A stretch of DNA of 64,000 nt from Balanoglossus misakiensis (lineage: Eukaryota > Animalia > Hemichordata). The notes beneath the pieces are model-generated. The model saw nothing but the letters and a program-made list of their open reading frames with translations, was not told where the DNA came from and did not search any database. Of the stretch, positions 1 through 13,900 are shown in pieces; the first letter of the stretch is position 1, and every line of letters starts with the position of its first letter. The stretch spans positions 7,184,699-7,248,698 of the forward strand of contig CM082581.2 of NCBI GenBank assembly GCA_040954595.2, read 5' to 3'. Both the position numbers and the translations under genes were made by a program.

Positions 1-1041
1 AGATTCGTTCAGATACCGGACTATTGTGTGTACGATAATACGGAGCGAAATCATGAGGGCAAAGCCTTTGTCTTACCGAAACAAATGCATTGTACAATGA
101 ACCAAGCATACACGATCGATTACTTTGACTACCGACTTAAAAAATGTTCTCTGGCATAAGGGAACGGCTTAATTCTCTTCCTACCTACATGTACGTATGT
201 ACATACATAAACCTTTATCTGCAAAATCAATTTTCGACTAAAAGATGAGTGGCAACGCTCAAATACTCCCTATAATTTTGCGCGCATACGTTGTTTATCT
301 GATGTTTATATTCTCTGTTGTTTTGGAATTGAACAAGATATGGCTAGCTTACCGATATTTGATAGTGTTTGTTGGAGTCACTGTGTACCCTGAAGTCAAC
401 TGAGATGGTGGTGGTGGCCACATCGGAGATGTTGGAACCGGTGACCATAAACAAAACCTGAATGTGAGCGAGCACGAACGCACACCTGCCTGACTATGCA
501 CAGGCAGCGGCGCGGATGTCTATATGCTAGCGTTATTAGGCGTATGTCAAAGCCGAAAGTGTGTATAGGCATCAAGCAATAATCAGAGCTGATTGGAGAT
601 GCTAAAAATGACACGAGATTCAGATTCAGAAAAAGAATGACGTCACTATTGGAAAATAAATCTGGCCTTACCATTACAGACACTTCACGTTGAATTCGCC
701 ATAGGATCATCGTCAGATGCAAAGTTCAGTGGATTTGTCTTTCAAGTATTTAAGTTGGTGTATTTCAAGTTCCCTGTTCGCGTCCTTAAAGTCAATGTCG
801 CCGAGGGCGCACTGGTCAGTTTCATGACCAACTGTTCCCAATTTGGAACACATTAAAAAAGAAGCTTGTTATTAAAACCCCCATTCGCTTTGTTGGGAAT
901 TGAATTCTGATTTCTCGAGGGAGGAGAGATTAATAAGCGTGATACGCGTGTAGTAATTCGATTTTCTCACCAGAGCCAATGCGCTTGTCATTTAAAATTT
1001 AAGATGAGTTACACAGTGGAGAGTCTTGTCACGTACAATTT

Positions 1042-1153
1042 GAGAGAGAGAGAGAGAGAGAGGGGGGAGAGACATGACAGAGGGAGACAGAGACGGATAG
1101 AGACGCAGCGTCAGCGAGACACATAGTCAGACACTATCAGGGAGACAGACACA
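1042..1153. repeat. (GA)n microsatellite (1042-1062) grading into degenerate GAGACA/GACA purine-rich tract
   Basis: Directly visible gagagagag run followed by gagacagagac-type variants. Confidence 0.85.
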
Positions 1154-3904
1154 GGCAAAATGACGTGTAGAACTACTGTTTGCTGTTCCAAGTCCGCCTT
1201 ACTTCCGTGGGGTTAGCACGTTGGCAGATTTTATTTGAACGCTTCGAACTTTGGTTTTGGCCGCAGGGAAGTAGAAATCGCGCAGTGTGTCATGTTGACG
1301 TTAAATATAAAGGCACGAGTTGGGTGACATTTCTTCACGCAGTCTGTGACCACGTCATAATCCTTTTGTATGGCCATTTTCAGATATGTCTACGGGGTGA
1401 TGTCGTCGAAATGAAGGAACTTTTTGATGCGCATTCCGCCGCAAATTAGTACATGGACGGTTACCAAGGACACAGATAGGAAATAGACATTTTGGCTCTG
1501 CTGGTGATAATGTTAAAACTCGCACTGCGATAACAGGGCTTAGGATTCGTTAAGTGACATGAAGCATAGATTTACATGTACACGTCTGAAAACACAAGAA
1601 TTCTGAACGTCGGCTGAAAACTGTGCGCTCTCAATATTACATTGCCACAGCGAACATGCCTTTTGTATACATGCATGCAACCGCCGCGGCGCCCGACAAA
1701 CGCTTCGATAAAAAAGTCATGAAATGAGTTGTTTAATCGTCTATTAAGTCAAATTGAAAACCCAGCGACACCCATTGACGTTAACTTCACATGTTGGGGC
1801 AGGCAAAGTGCACTATGTTAATACCCGGCTAGTGGCGAATTGAGAGAATTAAACACATGGACACTATAGACATTAAAAGTTGCTAGTTTCTATCTGAACA
1901 ATGCCCAATCACTTTCCTGGCACGAGTTCAACTTCGGGTAGACGCCGCCAAACGAGACCCCACGGTCCGAATACAAAAAGCAAGCTATCGCCGATCGGCA
2001 GGCCGCCAACGTCTGTTGTATTCCGAGCATAATTGCCCAGATTGGCGGAGTGAATGATTCGGCAAGTACGCGTTGGACAGGTGTACGGGACAGAGTCCCT
2101 TTTCGAGGAAGGGAAATCCTTACCTTCCGAGGGGCTGTCCGGTGTTATGCAGCCGCCAACTTCGGATGGAGTTCTGTGTCTCGGGGAGCACTCACGCAGT
2201 TCCAATACATGTATCTTACTCGCCGCTCACAACAAAACCTTGAAGTCCTCGGCGCCCATGGCTCCGCGGGCCTGCTCTAGACAATACGCAACGTGCTGAA
2301 TAACTTACGAGTTCTTCGCCTTGAGGCGATCGATCAAAATAAAATAAAAAGCGCACACCCTCTTCATGGTAAACGAAAGTCAAAGAAACGCGTACAATCG
2401 ATAAAGGACTCCCTAAAACTGAGAGGATGTCGAATTGGATAATACTGACAATGTCGCTTTCCCGTATGCAAAACCACACAATGTAGTTTTCTTGTTGCTC
2501 CATTTCTGTTTATTCAGCATATCTTGCGCTCAGGGGGTCCATGAATTCCTAAGTATGTTCGTTTAATTTCAGTCCTGTGATTCAATATTCCCTGAACATA
2601 AAAGAAGAAAATTGCCTGCATGTGATCAGCTCGATCGCATCACAAAACAAATTGTTGCACATTTTCAGCAGGAGATGCTAACAGTTGCACCAATATTAAA
2701 ATAATTTCATTCCGTCATGTCATGTCCGATAAATGGTGGCCATATAAGGCCGGCCATATTGGATCGTACCACAAAAAGGGTGATACACAATATGTGTGAC
2801 ACAGTGTCCTGTATTTTTTGCTTTAATTTGCAAGGAGTTTGAATGAATTCCGAGAAAGGACACTTGTTGTAAGAACGGACGTGAAGGGCACTACAAATAT
2901 GCTTAATCACAACTTACAGTGACGTCACGGTACATTGTACATGTATATTAAAGCGCTGTTCGGTCACAATTGTGTTTTTCGTTCGTCCTTATAACGTCAA
3001 GGGATTTATTAACTTGATTTTCTCACTGATTTGAAAATCAAGTGACATTGCCAAAGCGGTTTTTTTTCAGTTTCATCTACCTGACGCGAAAATTGTTCAT
3101 TTCCAACACTGAACAACAGGGTAGTACGTGATCGAAATCTAGATTTCAAATTTTCAATTACTGTCGACCCATTATCTCCTCGAATCCCCCTTTCTCATTA
3201 AATTGGAGTGCTGGTATTTCTGCAGCTGGGGGTCGTCATACAAAATTAGGTGATTTTTTAGTTCAGGAGTTGTGAGACGCTGAAATATTCAGATCCTGTT
3301 TAAAACACATCTACCTGCAATTTTGTATTATTAACTGTCGCGGTTCGATTTCAGTGTGTAGCGTAATTGCACCTGTATAAAGATCACCCACGTCGCCCGG
3401 AAGTTTAAAAAGGTGCGCGCGCGTGTGTATACCGTATCGTTGGAGCCAAAAGTACTGTAAATTTGTAGTTAATTCGGTACATTTATTGACAAGAGCTCGG
3501 GGTTTGATTCGCATATGCTTGATTGGGTGTGGCACAATGAGAGGGAATTGAGCGCCACCGATGCTTAATTTTACAGGCGGCAAATTTCCTTCTCGGCGGA
3601 CGGGATTTTATTAGCCTGGTTAGTATTCCGTTGATGGAGCGAGCTCTTATGTCAATCACTCTCCTGGCTTCGAAGTTCCTTCGCCAGCGTCGAGCACGCG
3701 CGCTAGCACCACTTAGTCGAGGGAAGCGACCATTCACAGATGCAGGGGCACTCTCATTATTTGAGCCACTCAGGTTTGGCTGAGGTTCTGTTTAGCGCTT
3801 GACAGGCGCGTTATATACCTGTTGCAGCGCACCGACTCAAACGCGACACACGTCCATCTCAAGTCACCACTTATTTCTCGTCTCTCTCACTCTCTCTCGT
3901 GCAG

Positions 3905-4061
3905 GCGCCTGTACGCTGAAATGACTCCACCAGGTTGGACCTTGGCGTGAATGAAATACACCCGAAATCATGGCGGGTCGAATTTCGCGAAGAGAAGCCC
4001 CACGATGTCATGGTCAACGCATTGTTAGAGAACGCGAGAAATCGCCGCTTTTATGATTGTG
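3905..4061 (+). other. Candidate spliced exon (probably 5' UTR or non-coding; contains ATG at 4010 opening MVNALLENARNRRFYDC, phase 1)
   Basis: Long polypyrimidine tract ending ctctctctcgtgcAG (3903-3904) and consensus donor GTAAGT at 4062. All three frames have stops near the 5' end of the exon. Confidence 0.4.
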
Positions 4062-5154
4062 GTAAGTCCAGAACCGTTTTAAAAACTGTCAACTGTGTAT
4101 ATACGCCGGCAGTTCATAATTAAACAGCGGATGAATTTTGTGTGTGATTAATCGATCTTTACAAAATTTAAAACTGAAATGAGGCGAGCGTGGAGTGTGA
4201 ATTAGACAATCATAAACAAAACCTGCTCAGCGCATTTCAAGTGAAATCCGCAAAAAAGGGATATCTGTCACTGGGGTATTTATGTTGCTATAGAAACTCA
4301 GCATTGCCGTCTCAAATGCAGATAAGTCTAAGTCTAGCAGTTGTTTTATGGTGGTGTCAGATTTATCCATAATATCTCACATAATTGACTGCGATTCTCG
4401 TAAGAGGTAGATAAATTAATTTTGACAGACGAAATATGCCGCTTGATGGAAACGAGTATTGACATCGCACGGAACTGACTGCGCCGTATGATGTGAAAGA
4501 TTTCCATTAAAATAGTTAATGATGGCATTCAAGTCGACAAGGACGCGAAGAGATGATGAGACGCGCACGCACATCTCCGTTGTCAGGCGATCGCCGTTCT
4601 CCTGACAACCCACCACAGCCGCGCAATTCTGATTTTCTGCACGTCCAGCGAAATCGTTTTGTTTTGTTTTCATGCGCGAATCATTACTGCGTAACGAGGT
4701 CGTCACGAGTCTTTCCATTTCTCCCCACCGCGGCATGCAGTGTCGCGTCGGTCGTTGCCATGCGACGTGGTCGCGCGCGACCTCTTGCGACTAGTGTGGG
4801 TGATCTGTACAGTTCTAGATAAAAGCATGCCCGTTTGTCGTGTTGGTGTTGCGAGTAAACGAACAGCCTATTTTGTTTTGCCGTGGGTTGACCTTCTAGG
4901 TTATGGTTCAAAGTGATTTCAACCAGGTATTGCCGGATATATCTTTGAAATTGGATAATTCAAGACAAACTGCGCCATTTTTGATAGTGGAAATCAGAGG
5001 CAGATATATTTATTCAGGATATAGATTTCAAATGGGGATTTAACCGATTCTGTTCAAACTGTTAATTGTCATTCACGTCCGATACAGAAGTCGATTAAGA
5101 CCATTGTCGGTTCAAAGTACACCTGCTTCGGCATCGCTGTAGAAACGCCCCGTG

Positions 5155-5186
5155 ATTGGTCAGTGTCACTCAAAAGGACACGTGAC
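5155..5186. promoter_or_regulatory. Reverse CCAAT box plus CACGTGAC E-box (possible proximal promoter)
   Basis: ATTGG at 5155-5159 in gattggtc context; CACGTGAC at 5179-5186. Motif match only. Confidence 0.25.
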
Positions 5187-7926
5187 CCGATCTCGCGCTT
5201 CAGCAATGACTGACAGCGATAGAAGCAGCAGAGGGCTGAACCGTCGAATTAGATTTATCCACAGATTTGTTCTCTCTTTTCGTGGCTTGAACTGCAACAA
5301 CGTGCAACGGCTCAGCACGGAACTGGAGATCGCAATAATTTGTGTATTTCACAGTGACCTATTTTCTTAGAATAAGGAAATTAAATGAAACAAGCACTGA
5401 GATTTTCCCCTAATGAATTGATAACCACCCAAGTGGAATTTTATATATTCGGTTGACAGGCGGCTCTAATCGATAAATACTTTCTAACTTTAACGTTGTA
5501 ACCGCGTACGGACAGAGAACATCGAATTATGGCTCATGTTCCATTCTCCGTTTATTTGTTGCCGTGTTGTACATTTTCTTAATTACTTTTAATATTATCG
5601 TTTATATTTCGAAATCTCACACGTCCAAAACATCGAGCTCTCCGTCAGATTATAAAGTCGTTTTTAAAACACTATAAATTGGCTAATATCAACAATTGCG
5701 CGGCTGTAACTGTTTTAAGTGTCGTATTTTCCCACGAACACACATCACGATTCCGGTCCGCCAGCTTTCAACAATCCCGCGGATCGAACGAACGAGGAAG
5801 GTGTGGTTGATACTTTGTTTATTGGCCCATTTCATTCGCAGGTGTGACACAATTCTGAATGGGGTTAGGTAAACCCGGCATAGCTACAGCTAAATATGAC
5901 GTAATATCATCCCCCGAGGCTTGTCAGCGAGTGCGTGTCCACTCCACCCCCTGACTTGTCGACAGTGTGTATTAACGCAGTTGACCAATTGACCGTATTC
6001 TCGTGTGAAAAAACGTTGCAAGTTTGTCAACAGCCTGCACGGACGACTGGCTTAATGCCCGATACATGTATATCGCGCGCCAGTGTCCGACGGCGTGGAC
6101 ATATAAAACCAGTAGAAAGTGCAGACAACACCTTTAAAGCGGAATAAATCACGACATTCTTTTTGGCCGCGTGACTGTTCCAGATTCGGGACACGGATTT
6201 AGAAAGTGGACCACATTTAGCACTCAATACTTACTCTTCGCGTATATCAAAATTTTGTTATAAAAGAGAAATATAGGGCCAACGGTGATGACGCTGTTGT
6301 CTTGGTCTCTTGTGTCGACCTGACCAAGCAAATCACTTCAATTTAATATGTTTAGCTATGTGTAGATTATTTTGAAATTTATCTTTGCCCAAGTGTTTTC
6401 GGGTATGTCCAAATATTTGTTTGGGACACGGACACCGGACAGGGCCATAGAAGACGAAATTTTTGAAACTTCAAATGGGGGCTGATTTTGTCTTAAGAGC
6501 ACACGCCGTGCGCCACTGAGAATCATTTACAGGGAATCATCAAGATCTGGAAGAGCGTTTTTCAGAAGTCGTTCAGACTGTCATGTGCACTTGAACCTTA
6601 GCTTGAATTTGAAGTATTTGACCCACGAGAGAAATATTGCATAATGAGATATCGCTAGGTGTCAAGTTGCCGATATGCCGGATTTGACGGTGTGAAAAAT
6701 CGCCGCTTTACAGCATAGACAACAGGTAAATACTAGTAGGGCCTACAGTGCAACGTAACAATCCTCGCCCGCCCCCGAAACAATCAGAAACACAAGATTT
6801 TGTAATTAGAGGCCACGGTGTGGGTTTATTTCTTCGCCCGGGTTAAATCTAGTTCAGTACGATAGCTGTAGGTGAAATGCGCCGCACCGGTATTTAACCC
6901 ACGCCTTTGCGTGTTCAGTGTGTGCGACCTGCAACTCATATTGACAAAGATAAGTCGCAGCGAGCATTCGCCGAATTGTTCCAAATTTTGATGTATTACG
7001 TCGGACTCGCTTGAGCTGCGGGGAAGAAACGAAAACGACTCGTATAAACATGCGTAGACCTGTCTGTTTTGGTTCGAGATTTGTGTTTACAAGTTTCTCT
7101 AAAAATGCCGGGAGGTGGGGGGCTCGGACACGAATAAGTCCACGCTCTTTCCTCCTCGAAATTATTCACATGAAGACCAATTAATCGGTGCTTGCCACTT
7201 CCATTCGTTATGAAATCATCGTCACTGGGTTCTTGGCTAATAAGTGCTACCCGGGGAAGTGACGCACTTAGCACACTTTTGAAAGTTGCCAAACTTATCG
7301 CGTGTTTAATAACTTGGCGGCCACGCTCCAAGAAAAAAATACAAGCAAACAACACGGTGTTATGGATGTACATGTACTCGGATTCTGTGCCATATCGAAT
7401 TACCAAAACATGCGAGGACATTCGCCGAAGGTGTGATGAAATTATCCGTGTTTGCATGAATTGTCTGGAATGTAAAAGACTGGGTGTCGGTAAATGTCAG
7501 GCTGGGGGAACCTTTCGCCTGGAGAAATAGGGGATACAGGTAACCTCAATTAACCCGTGGAAGTGCTTGAATCTCAAGACAGGACCCAATATGTGAATTG
7601 AAGCCAGCTTTCCAACAAAAGAATGGCGTGGGCCGCGGCTCAAAAATCCTCTGATAAAAAAAACGCTGACTTTGGTGATAAACTGGTCAAGGTTTATACT
7701 TAGCGGACAATACAATGCCAAACAAAACAACGCAAGACAAAATAAGCCCACACAATAACCGCCAAACAATGAAGTATGTAAATCGGACACTCGGGTAAAG
7801 TAAGGCTTCTGGCAAGCGATCGAGGGAATGTTTAATGTTTGGTTTAAACTTTTCTCACCGCTGAGAAATGTTTTCGTTGTGGTTGAGCCGAACCGCGAAT
7901 GTATGGTTAGTTGTGTGTCGGCGAAA

Positions 7927-7955
7927 ATGGCGGACGAAGAGGCTACGAAAAACGG
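7927..7955 (+). CDS. Candidate first coding exon (MADEEATKN-G, phase 2)
   Basis: aaaATGGCG start context (A at -3, G at +4; also the YY1-type AAAATGGCG motif), typical acidic MADEE N-terminus, followed immediately by donor GTAAGG at 7956. Confidence 0.4.
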
Positions 7956-9935
7956 GTAAGGTTTGGCAGATTTACATGTATGTGCAAAGACAGAAACGAG
8001 TTGGATTGCGTGTATATCTATTGATATCGTTACTAGTTCTTTGAAGTGCAGGATTTTTCCGTCGAAAACGCCAACGAATTTTTCGTGGGTACATTCAAGG
8101 AATTCTTTATGTCTCCCCGGTAATTTTAACGTCGTCATTATTTGGTAAATCCCGCAATCGTTTTAATTTGCGCTGGTTTATCAGGTATCAGGAAAATTAA
8201 TGGTCCTGGAACACGTGGGCGATTAAAAAACGCGATGACATACTATAGGTGCCGAACAATGAGGAATTTAGAACTCCAATATGGCGTGTTTGGTCACAAG
8301 CCCGACCATCTGAGCTAACCATTGGTGCCCGGGCAAATTGCTTTCGTATACATCATCAGTCGATTAGATGCATCGAAAATCCGACGAATCACATTTCGCC
8401 ATTTCGTGTCGCTAGTAGAAAAAGGTCTATGTAAACACCCCTTCCCAACATGCCCGTGATAAAGACAAGATAATTGTTCCCTCGCATGAAATCTTTAATC
8501 TAATTGAGTACATTTGTCAGCAATAAAAGGAAATCTGGAATCACGCGATACGCCCGAGTTATGCGCATGCGTATAGAACCACCTGTTGAATTTCAACTGT
8601 GACCCACTTACCGACGTAACTGGAAAACCCAATCGAAAACTTTAAACGACACGATTTGACATTTTTGTCCTGAAAAGGATTGACTCGTTTTTTTTTTCGT
8701 TTTATGTTTTGTTTGTTAATATATTTATTTCCCTGTATCGCATGACCCAGGGCAGTAAGCGCACTGGCAGGCACCACCGTGCACCAAAACTTTCTTTCTA
8801 CTTGTGTTCAATTAAATCGTATCGGCTGTTCCACTCGCAGTCGTGACTGTCAGGTAAATTAGGGCCGCCAAGATGGATGTTAGACGAAACCCGATCACAT
8901 GCTGTCAGGGTCGAGGGCCTCCAATTAGTCACAGACTGACAGATTTTAAGTCCCAAAACTCACTGGCGCATGCAGCCGACGCAATGTAGGTTTTACCACT
9001 CAATTTCATCCCAAAGAGCCCCAAACTGCCGACAATAAAGACACGCTTTATTTTGTGTGACTCCCAGTCGTAAATTTCGAGAAGCCACCGTCGGCGTTTG
9101 ATCTTCACGCACGGCGTTCCCGGCCAGCTGTACCGTGCACCGGTCAGTCGCATACCATGCATTCGGGCAATATCGCATAAAATATAGTTCCCACCTCTCG
9201 ACACCCGGCCCACGAATAAATTCTTGTCTGAAATGTTTATCGCGGCATAGGTATGTTGAAGCTTACAGGTACCGATTTTGCTTTGCAGCTGCTGAATGTT
9301 TTTTTTTATAACAATGAACCTCATAATCCCCCCTCCCCCCATTATCGCCCTAAAATAGTGAATGTAGGGTGTACTTACGGACATGTTTGGAATTTCAGGG
9401 CCTGACAAAGACCGCTGCAGACAAAGTTCGGTGGCTTGACTCAACACGTACTACAAACCCTTTGTGTGCTAAACTTTTGAACTCACGACAACGGCTTTAT
9501 CAAGGTGGGCTGTGCCGTCTATCGTCGTTTTATTTCCCCGTGATCGAGTAACTTAAAGGCTCTTTTCAGAAGTGGGCAAAATTGAGACTTCTGAAAGAGG
9601 AACGCTCTTTTCTCATTTGTGCCGCAACCCCTGTCCCCTTAATCACACCTTCTCCGATAATGTGTCTCACTTAACGCATTCTAAAACCGGCCAGAGAGAA
9701 TGACACGGCAATGTACGTCCGAACCGAGCTTCGGGCCGCCAGGTGCAGAAACCCGGCGGATGGACATCGTTCGGCATTTTTTGCTGAAAACTTTGATCAC
9801 AGTACATATATGCCCTTGTACTGTATACGGGGACACAACTTTATTCACGTTTTAAGAGGCACGGTCAAAGCCCGAACATCGCCGCGAGTAAGCCAGGGTC
9901 AGTTTGGGTCAGGGTATTCTTCTGAATGCCTTCAG

Positions 9936-10263
9936 TTCTATTGTTGGAGACACCGGCGGACCCCTCCCTGCACGCAGCTACTCCAGGGGACCCTCGGTTG
10001 ATACAATACCGAAAGGGTATACCTCAATGCCCGACGGCCAATCCAGCTTTGCAGTTCGGGAAGCTGTGCGGCCGATATTGAACCCGGCGAATGAATATGC
10101 TTTCAGCGCACTCGCATGTTCCGGGCCGTCAAAACATGCAATGCAACCGACGCAAAAGCTGGCGATAGAATATACCGCGGGGCGAGATTTGGAACTTCTG
10201 CCCCATCCATATTCAAGCCACCACAAACACAAACTGGCCCGCAGTAGGCCAGGTCTCCCATAA
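9936..10263 (+). CDS. Candidate second exon of a small ~118 aa unknown protein (joined to 7927-7955)
   Basis: Acceptor ttcttctgaatgccttcAG (9934-9935) is phase-compatible (GG+T=Gly) with the 7955 donor and enters ORF 9904-10263. Locally GC-richer than the flanks. No family recognised. Confidence 0.25.
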
Positions 10264-10889
10264 TCGATCGCTCCGGGCGATACGCTGCGCCACCACGATA
10301 TGTCAGCAGAGAAATCGTCTCGGGCCATGTTACCCATCTCCCCCTTACGGGCAAACGAATAACTCGCATTTCTCAGCCGGCACGTACGTGCCGGCCGACA
10401 TGGTGGCAGGTGGAATCATAAAAACAACAATGCATCGTTTACAGCGCGAGAGCCTTCGGCGCATCGATTGATCACGACCGTCCCATGCGCCTCAAAACTA
10501 GGCTGACATTTCTATTTTTCATCCCAAACTCTACAAACAAGACAACGTTTAGGAATGTTGACAGCACGACACGCAAAATTAGAGGGAAAGCAGGAGAGAT
10601 CAATACAAGTAATGACATGAAAGATATGCTTCGAACAGTGAACTGATTGCTTATTTATCGTCGCTCGGGGCACATTGGAGAAAATTATATGCTTTTTTAT
10701 CTGTGGTTTTTTCATTCCATCAATCTGTAAAACAAACATAAGAACGAAAAAAAAGGGCAGAAATTAGTACAACATCGGTTTAAAATTGTTGCACTGGTGT
10801 GGTTGTCAGAGACCGATTGTGTGACGTACTCACTTTACATTTTACGGTTAGCGGGAATAACATAGAAGATTCTGGCGATCCCCTACAGT

Positions 10890-10921
10890 CAACAACAACA
10901 ACAACAACAACGACGACGACG
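10890..10921. repeat. (CAA)n/(CGA)n trinucleotide microsatellite
   Basis: caacaacaacaacaacaacaacgacgacgacg. Confidence 0.9.
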
Positions 10922-13900
10922 CAAACAATAGTTCTGTTCTTTCCAATAGAGTTAACACAAAAAATGACGTCCAGTTTAATTTCAAGGTGTTTTTTCTCAT
11001 TTAAAACTTGCGATGATAATAGAGATACCTTTAGGCATTTGAATATCGCTGTGTGCTATGCTTAAGAATGCCTGGCTACGTTTGTCCGGAAAATGACCTC
11101 TCCGAGAAGCATTTTGCCGACTCAGAGTATTGCTGAGACATGTCGGCAAAAAAGGCTGATGTGCAATCATGCGAATGTAAGAAGCATGTCGGCTCTTTTT
11201 AAAATGTTTAAAACAACAGCAATTCGTAGCACAGGTTAGTGGAAGTGCATGCTTGTCACGACAACCGAATGATAAGCGTTTTAGCCAGAACACCACACAA
11301 AGTGCCGGAAATGGGACAATTATTCTGCGTACTGCGGTCTGAGGACGCGTTTGACCGGCTGGAGGTGAACCAGCGTGGTGTATACATGACGGTCGTATGC
11401 AAGGTGCACTAAACAAAAACAGACAAAAAGCCACCTGTTTTCTTTGCTGGACTTCTGCCAACAAATGCATGTACTTTCCTAACAATGCATCACAGGCCTT
11501 CGCAGGGGCTTAGGGATCTCGGGTTAACCTTTCATTATCATGTGACATCGTTATACGGCGATCTTCACCCGTTCCAAAAGAATCGTCACTTTCGTTTCCA
11601 AGGTTCGAATGTTTGCACGTACTCGACGGTACAATACAAACACAATGCGTCCCAGTCAATCTCTGCAGTGCAAACCTTAATAGAACAAGCCGATGGCTCT
11701 TAATTGGAATGATAAAACGATTGACAGAAAAACAAACCTCTCTCCCTTCGTGGAGTCCGCGACAAATGACAAGTGACAGTTCAAAGTACTCATCAACCTG
11801 TTGTTGATTTTACCCAGGTGGAACTGGATAAACACTACTGAAACTTGAAAGCAATTCCCGTAAGACAAGTGTATAATGTTACCTGCCGGCTTGTCTCCGG
11901 CTCCGCGATGTTACTGACAATAAACGTTTCATTTTTCGTTTTTAAAAAAAGGGGGGAGGGTATTTCCTCGTAAAAGTATGCTATACGCGTCGTGAATGCA
12001 CGGACCATGTATTTTCCTGCCTGTTGTAGGGACTTGTTGGAAGGTGGGTGTGGATATGGGGGGGGGGGGGGTCAACAACGGAATATGCTGTTTCTAAATA
12101 AAATAGTGGCGATTAGTATCACACCCCCGTATCGCTTAGTGTGTTTGTTAGCGGCTCTAAAATAACTATTAATCAAGCCACTTCAGGTGACACACATTAC
12201 ACATTACAGCATTACACATGAGACAATCGACACATTAAAAACACCAAACATGAGACAATCGTGTTGACTGATGTACCGTCCGAGGCATGGCTGCATTCGG
12301 GATGAGCCGTGTTTTTGCCGTTGATGTTCTGTGTCGAGGGAGGCGGTTGATCCACCGTGCAGGGCCTGTGCTAAATGTCCTCAAGCATAGCTGATGTGCC
12401 TGGCTAGACGTTTATTTTATTTGCAAATCAACAACTACAGACCACTTGACTTCATATAAATGCCCGCGATAAAGTTAAACGTGTTATTATTGTCTGTTTC
12501 GCATAAAGATGGGTCAGGCCCGTCCATTGTGTCGCCCCGGCAGCCATTGTTCAGTCAGAATGAGCCTCTTGGAAGTTGCCACGGTCGTCTGGGGGTTATC
12601 TTGTCCTTTTCGCGCCCACCCAATTGTGCTGTACACATAAAAATAGCGGGCAATGATTGCACACACGTTATTTGGTAGGCAGCTTTTGAATTCGACGTTG
12701 CCACAAGTACGGTCTGTGCATTGCAAGGGACGAGATAAAAATGAGACATTTTGTCATTTTTCTGTAGGGCGTGCGTTTATTCTCTCGCCTCTGCTGTGTC
12801 TCGAGACTCACAGGACGGGGTCTCTTGAACTGAGAGGCATATTTCAGAACGGTCATGCCAAATCGCGAAAATGCGTGGGTTTCACTGAAAACTTGACAAG
12901 AAAAATATGCCTTCATTAAGAGGGCAGAATGTGAACCCAATAACTATTTTCCGTCGAAATTTTTCTCTACATCCACCGGTTACTCAGGCCTATATATACA
13001 TGTCAACAACCTTGAAGTATATCAGACAGACAACGCACACACACTTATATGGCATAGAAAATTATAGTGACGTCAGCCACAGTCTGTCAGAATAAATCAT
13101 CGTCCGCATTCCAATTCTCGCCAGGGCCTGTTCTCTCTTTAACAGTTAATAACACGCGATTTGAATACAAGAAAAAAGAAAGAGTAAAATAAGAAAGCGT
13201 AGCCTATTATTTTAAACTGCACAAAAAGAAAATGGACCTGTGTCACAGCATGCTTCGTGATTTTTCGATATGCATGCCTGGAGACGGGAGCTATATAGCC
13301 GCCATGCCCGCCGGTGCCCCCATTGCACTGGCCGCCCCGAGAGCGAACGCACAGGTCCGAGCCATTTATCTTGGTCATTGCAGAGTGAACGCCGCCGCCT
13401 CGCCATGTGAAGAGCACCTGGTAACGCTGATGGGGGCAGGTGCATGCGCCGGACTGGGTATGCCAGCGGTAGGTACCCTGAATTTTTCGCGAAGCATGTT
13501 TTCCCGCCCATAACGTGTAAATGCACGTGTTTTTGGTGGTTCTGCCAAGTGCAATTTTACCCTACAGAGACGAATTTATTTTTTCCCCACTGCGCCGCGT
13601 TTACTGAGGCCGACCGTGGTGTAACTGTTAATTTTGACGCTCGAGGCTACTTTGAATCCAGGCAAGCCACCCGCTCACTTTATGTATCGCCCATATTTCG
13701 AGATGTCTTTTTTGTGTCTTACACATCTGATGGGATCAATACATACCGTGGGGAGAATTGGTGCACAATATCTGTTATTTGCATATAATTTTCAAGAGGT
13801 GTTTCGTTTACAATCGGAATCTAAAACTCTGAATTTGCATTTTCGTGGAAAATATGTATTTATTTCAAAGATGTGTTTTTATATACTGTGTACCTAAATC

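Noticed and set aside
6426-6446. REST/RE1-like half site GGACAGGGCC (similar partial matches near 2134 and 19286)
   Set aside because: Left half and spacer do not match the RE1 consensus.
7467-7485. TGGAATGTAAA resembling the miR-1 5' end
   Set aside because: The 3' half diverges from miR-1 and no precursor hairpin is apparent. No other conserved bilaterian miRNA was recognised by eye.
7497-8138. 213 aa minus-strand ORF
   Set aside because: No recognisable domain, background composition, no supporting splice or poly(A) structure; overlaps a better + strand start/donor signal.
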